From: Candidatus Electronema aureum
Lineage (GTDB): Bacteria; Desulfobacterota; Desulfobulbia; Desulfobulbales; Desulfobulbaceae
Reading direction: 5' to 3'
Assembly (NCBI GenBank): GCA_004284765.1
Contig: NQJD01000032.1
Coordinates: 1-28,062, forward strand
Length of the DNA: 28,062 nt
Positions 26,501 through 28,062 of this stretch are shown here, one piece after another. The position numbers and the translations under genes are program-made. A model generated the notes under the pieces. It was not told where the DNA came from and ran no database searches. It saw only the letters and a list, made by a program, of their open reading frames with translations. How positions within the stretch are numbered: position 1 is the stretch's first letter; every line of letters starts with the position of its first letter.

Positions 26501-27751
26501 GGCCAAATGCGCCGGGTTGGTGATCGGCTGCCAGTCTTCGTCCACGCCCATGACATTGGCATATTGAAAGCCGAAGCGCACGGTCTCAAAGAGGAAGGCT
26601 TCCACTAAACGCGAATTGCCGCGCTGGAAGACCTCGCCGCCAATGACTTGGATGCACTGGAGCGATGTGTGCGGGTATTTGCGCACATTCGCCTTGAGGA
26701 GATGAAAGGTGGTGGTGAAGAACTGCTCGATCTCGTCAAAGCTCTGGCGGCGGATGAGCTGGACAAGCGAGCGGTTGATCTCGCGCAGGGTCTCCTCATG
26801 AATGAGCGAGAGACCGGCGGTGTCCATGATGCGGAAGAGGAAGAAGAGCTTGCGGTTCTCGATCATGGTCGGATCCGTCTCGCCGCCTTCCTCGCCCAGT
26901 TTGGCCGGGATTTCCCGATAGAGCCGGACCACATCAATATGCGCGGGCAGCTCCAGCATCTCGCTCAGGGCCTGGTACGGGTCTTCCTCAATATTGATCA
27001 GCTCCAAGGCGGCAAGATGCTCGCGCATCCGGGCGTGCGAAATGGCGGCTAACTGCGGCCCGGCCTGCCAGTCCCCGCAGAAGGTGCCGCACTGCGACTC
27101 AAACCAAGGCTGCGGGTCTTCCTCCTTCAGCCAGCAGGCGTAGTTGAGGCTGAGGACTTTCCGCAGCAATTTGGCCGCCGCCGCGCAGGAATAGTTCTGC
27201 TCCCCGGCCTTGCGCCCTAAATTGGTGAGCTGCTCGGCCATTTTCTTCAGCGGATGATGGCCTTGCACCATCTGCATCATCACCCCGCTGTCCATCTCGT
27301 CCAAGCGGACAAGCTGCTCGAAGAAGGCATTGAGCGCGCCGCCGTAACGCGGCAGCGTCTGCGGCGTGAGCGAGCTGATCAGCTTGTCGGCATAAGCAAG
27401 CAGGGCCTCGACGGTCTGCGCGACGACCTTGCTGTTCTTGCGCGAGTCCTTGAGCGCGTCAAGGAAGATTGAGCTGAACAGTGCGAAGCAGTCCGGCCCC
27501 TGCTCATGGCTGAGGTAGTGGCTGATGTTCTTGAGGACAAAGGGCCGCAGCTCGCTGATGATGAGCTGCCAGTTGCGGTAGGGGTGGCTGATCTCGTACA
27601 GCAGGTGCTCAAGCCGCGAGGCAAGCCCCTGATAGCGGGCCACCACCTCCTGAAGCGGCCTCCAGCGCGGGGAGATTTCAACAGTGCTGGCGGTTTGCTG
27701 GAAGTTGGCTTCAAGAGCTTTGGAGATGATGGGCGGCGGCTGGGTGGGCAT
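23504..27751 (-). CDS. Giant dikinase-like protein: unrecognised ~910-aa N-terminal region, then a PPDK/PEP-synthase-type ATP-grasp nucleotide-binding domain and a phosphohistidine swivel domain; no PEP/pyruvate TIM-barrel domain
   Basis: ATG 27751 is preceded by GAGGAAATC; the track ORF starts 10 codons earlier at a TTG. The last ~495 aa are colinear with the first two-thirds of pyruvate phosphate dikinase: LGNKGFNLMLLANDGKPVPPAFIITTE, LLLSVRSGSAISMPGMMATIHNVGLN, WDNYRRFLQSW, GTAVTVQAMVYGN, GSGVLFTAHP, DQGEDIVSGLVT, LYILQTRD, ILIRQDTVPEDI, and GLLTARGGQTSHASVVATR with its His codon at 23705-23707. The ORF stops 66 aa after that His. Confidence 0.85.
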   Translation of the reverse strand: MPTQPPPIISKALEANFQQTASTVEISPRWRPLQEVVARYQGLASRLEHLLYEISHPYRNWQLIISELRPFVLKNISHYLSHEQGPDCFALFSSIFLDALKDSRKNSKVVAQTVEALLAYADKLISSLTPQTLPRYGGALNAFFEQLVRLDEMDSGVMMQMVQGHHPLKKMAEQLTNLGRKAGEQNYSCAAAAKLLRKVLSLNYACWLKEEDPQPWFESQCGTFCGDWQAGPQLAAISHARMREHLAALELINIEEDPYQALSEMLELPAHIDVVRLYREIPAKLGEEGGETDPTMIENRKLFFLFRIMDTAGLSLIHEETLREINRSLVQLIRRQSFDEIEQFFTTTFHLLKANVRKYPHTSLQCIQVIGGEVFQRGNSRLVEAFLFETVRFGFQYANVMGVDEDWQPITNPAHLANIRVWLNLIMQEPKWCSTLFSALIINIRLTGTCVKDTDLFQRDITQLLNHPIKPIYNLAKQFTKLMPVFFNEIGAEGELRDVSTELDELHKRHDVLIHFLRKQSHVESSNLIVGFIRAIFVFWLTLDKNGLKPYLPEEILGQVQTSGPFVDELHILARRVRDEMEYSNVDELLTWDEAERKAWLERQTDLSAGERKRFDLLVRMHRLLHHKYSLGMEELRCQLQHAAQNGFPEMEELLMVLENGDTCSCLDALLTHLEQLKQVILSDKKFEPKEEIYYKRHIAVDIPSVYGRYSERKFDALGLAFRLETLANIYLERLNLSINLGFITQATFIRIAQALSFYIRALKIDGITSRRLDTYTSLLDASISMKRFTYTQHLDIVRGLSEGVKDVIYAHYTNVHQNNLSIIIPQIGRENLLTKFRPLWDDEDMPSTIHRLSESFFRDLIATTFGLQHLDNFITRIIQTLEAQRDILDEQTIDLLMTYNPETTISSLHNENLRTHNLIHLGNKGFNLMLLANDGKPVPPAFIITTEIFRCWPAVQRFTKAKEEFMQRLRAAITGIEEQTGRSFGSPDTPLLLSVRSGSAISMPGMMATIHNVGLNEDLLEELVAHHPEQKYFLWDNYRRFLQSWAMGTGMGREEFGSMMNAHKKRYNVRLKREFSPVQMRELALEYRNALRRHGCNAPEDPWLQLIGAVEMVLESWNTHKARQYRHLMDVSDDWGTAVTVQAMVYGNRSQQAGSGVLFTAHPYRKVRRVALWGDYASSDQGEDIVSGLVTSYPISVEQAELDGRSAEQTLERRFPKIYERLLSIARDLVYTKEWNPQEIEFTFEGPEPEDLYILQTRDMITIKKKEHFRVFEETEAQQAALLGKGIGVSGSALSGLAVFTDENIRQLRSEQPNVPLILIRQDTVPEDIREISMSDGLLTARGGQTSHASVVATRLEKTCVVGCRDLQVFEASAHAMINGFRISFGDPVSIDGRSGLFLRGMHPTREEVHILPL

Positions 27752-27961
27752 GATTTCCTCGTTTCGTAATGGCAGCAGCAAGATGGCGGCGTTCTCTCAA
27801 CCTTGGCGGTTCTCTTTGTAATCCAGCCAGAATAATAACCCTGCCAAGGCGACTAAGGCAACATGAAGCCGCATTCTCATTCATGTGGCACATAAAATTT
27901 GATGATTTTCTCTGAACACTGTGCTATGTTAAGAGCTCACCTTACGCACCCAGATGGCGTA

Positions 27962-28062
27962 AGATACCTGCATGACAAAAAAGAACCTGCTTGATTTATA
28001 CAGCGAGTATCTCATTAGTTCCTTCGGTCAAACGACGGCGACCGGTCTTTCAGCATTGTTGA
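27962..28062 (+). CDS. Transposase, N-terminal 33 codons (gene continues beyond the right edge); IS4/IS701-like by N-terminal motif
   Basis: ATG 27962 gives MTKKNLLDLYSEYLISSFGQTTATGLSALL..., open to the window end. The motif LLD.YS.YLISSFG.TTATGLS.LL is one I recall from the N-termini of a widespread DDE transposase group. The fragment is short, there is no clear RBS, and the family is assigned from memory only. Confidence 0.5.

Overview
The window holds three blocks bounded and interrupted by insertion sequences. (1) Positions 322-16527, all on the minus strand and tightly packed, form a Wzx/Wzy-type surface-polysaccharide (O-antigen or capsule) locus. In transcription order it encodes wzx, a SAM methyltransferase, a relic of a second flippase gene, a putative wzy, three glycosyltransferases, fnlA-fnlB-fnlC (UDP-L-FucNAc pathway), a WbuB-like transferase and a small PglC-type initiating phosphoglycosyl transferase. 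It ends with a dedicated acyl module: ACP, KAS III, SDR ketoreductase, NeuD/PglD-type acyltransferase and a second KAS III. The locus is a compositional mosaic, and its distal end abuts a transposase gene that runs off the left edge. (2) Positions 16757-21224 are mostly backbone: a DUF29 protein, a C_GCAxxG_C_C protein, a Cys-rich lipoprotein, tgt, a very AT-rich ~0.7-kb gap with no convincing genes, and glk. (3) Positions 21258-28062 hold a decayed IS30-family element, a repeat-rich (TPR-like) lipoprotein, and a 1,415-aa protein. That protein fuses an unrecognised ~910-aa N-terminal region to a pyruvate-phosphate-dikinase-type ATP-grasp plus phosphohistidine module and lacks a PEP/pyruvate domain. 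The start of another transposase lies at the right edge. I consider the giant dikinase-like gene and the ACP-dependent sugar-acylation module the best candidates for undescribed biology. I saw no CRISPR array, tRNA or rRNA. All calls come from reading the ORF translations and the sequence by eye, and no database search was run.
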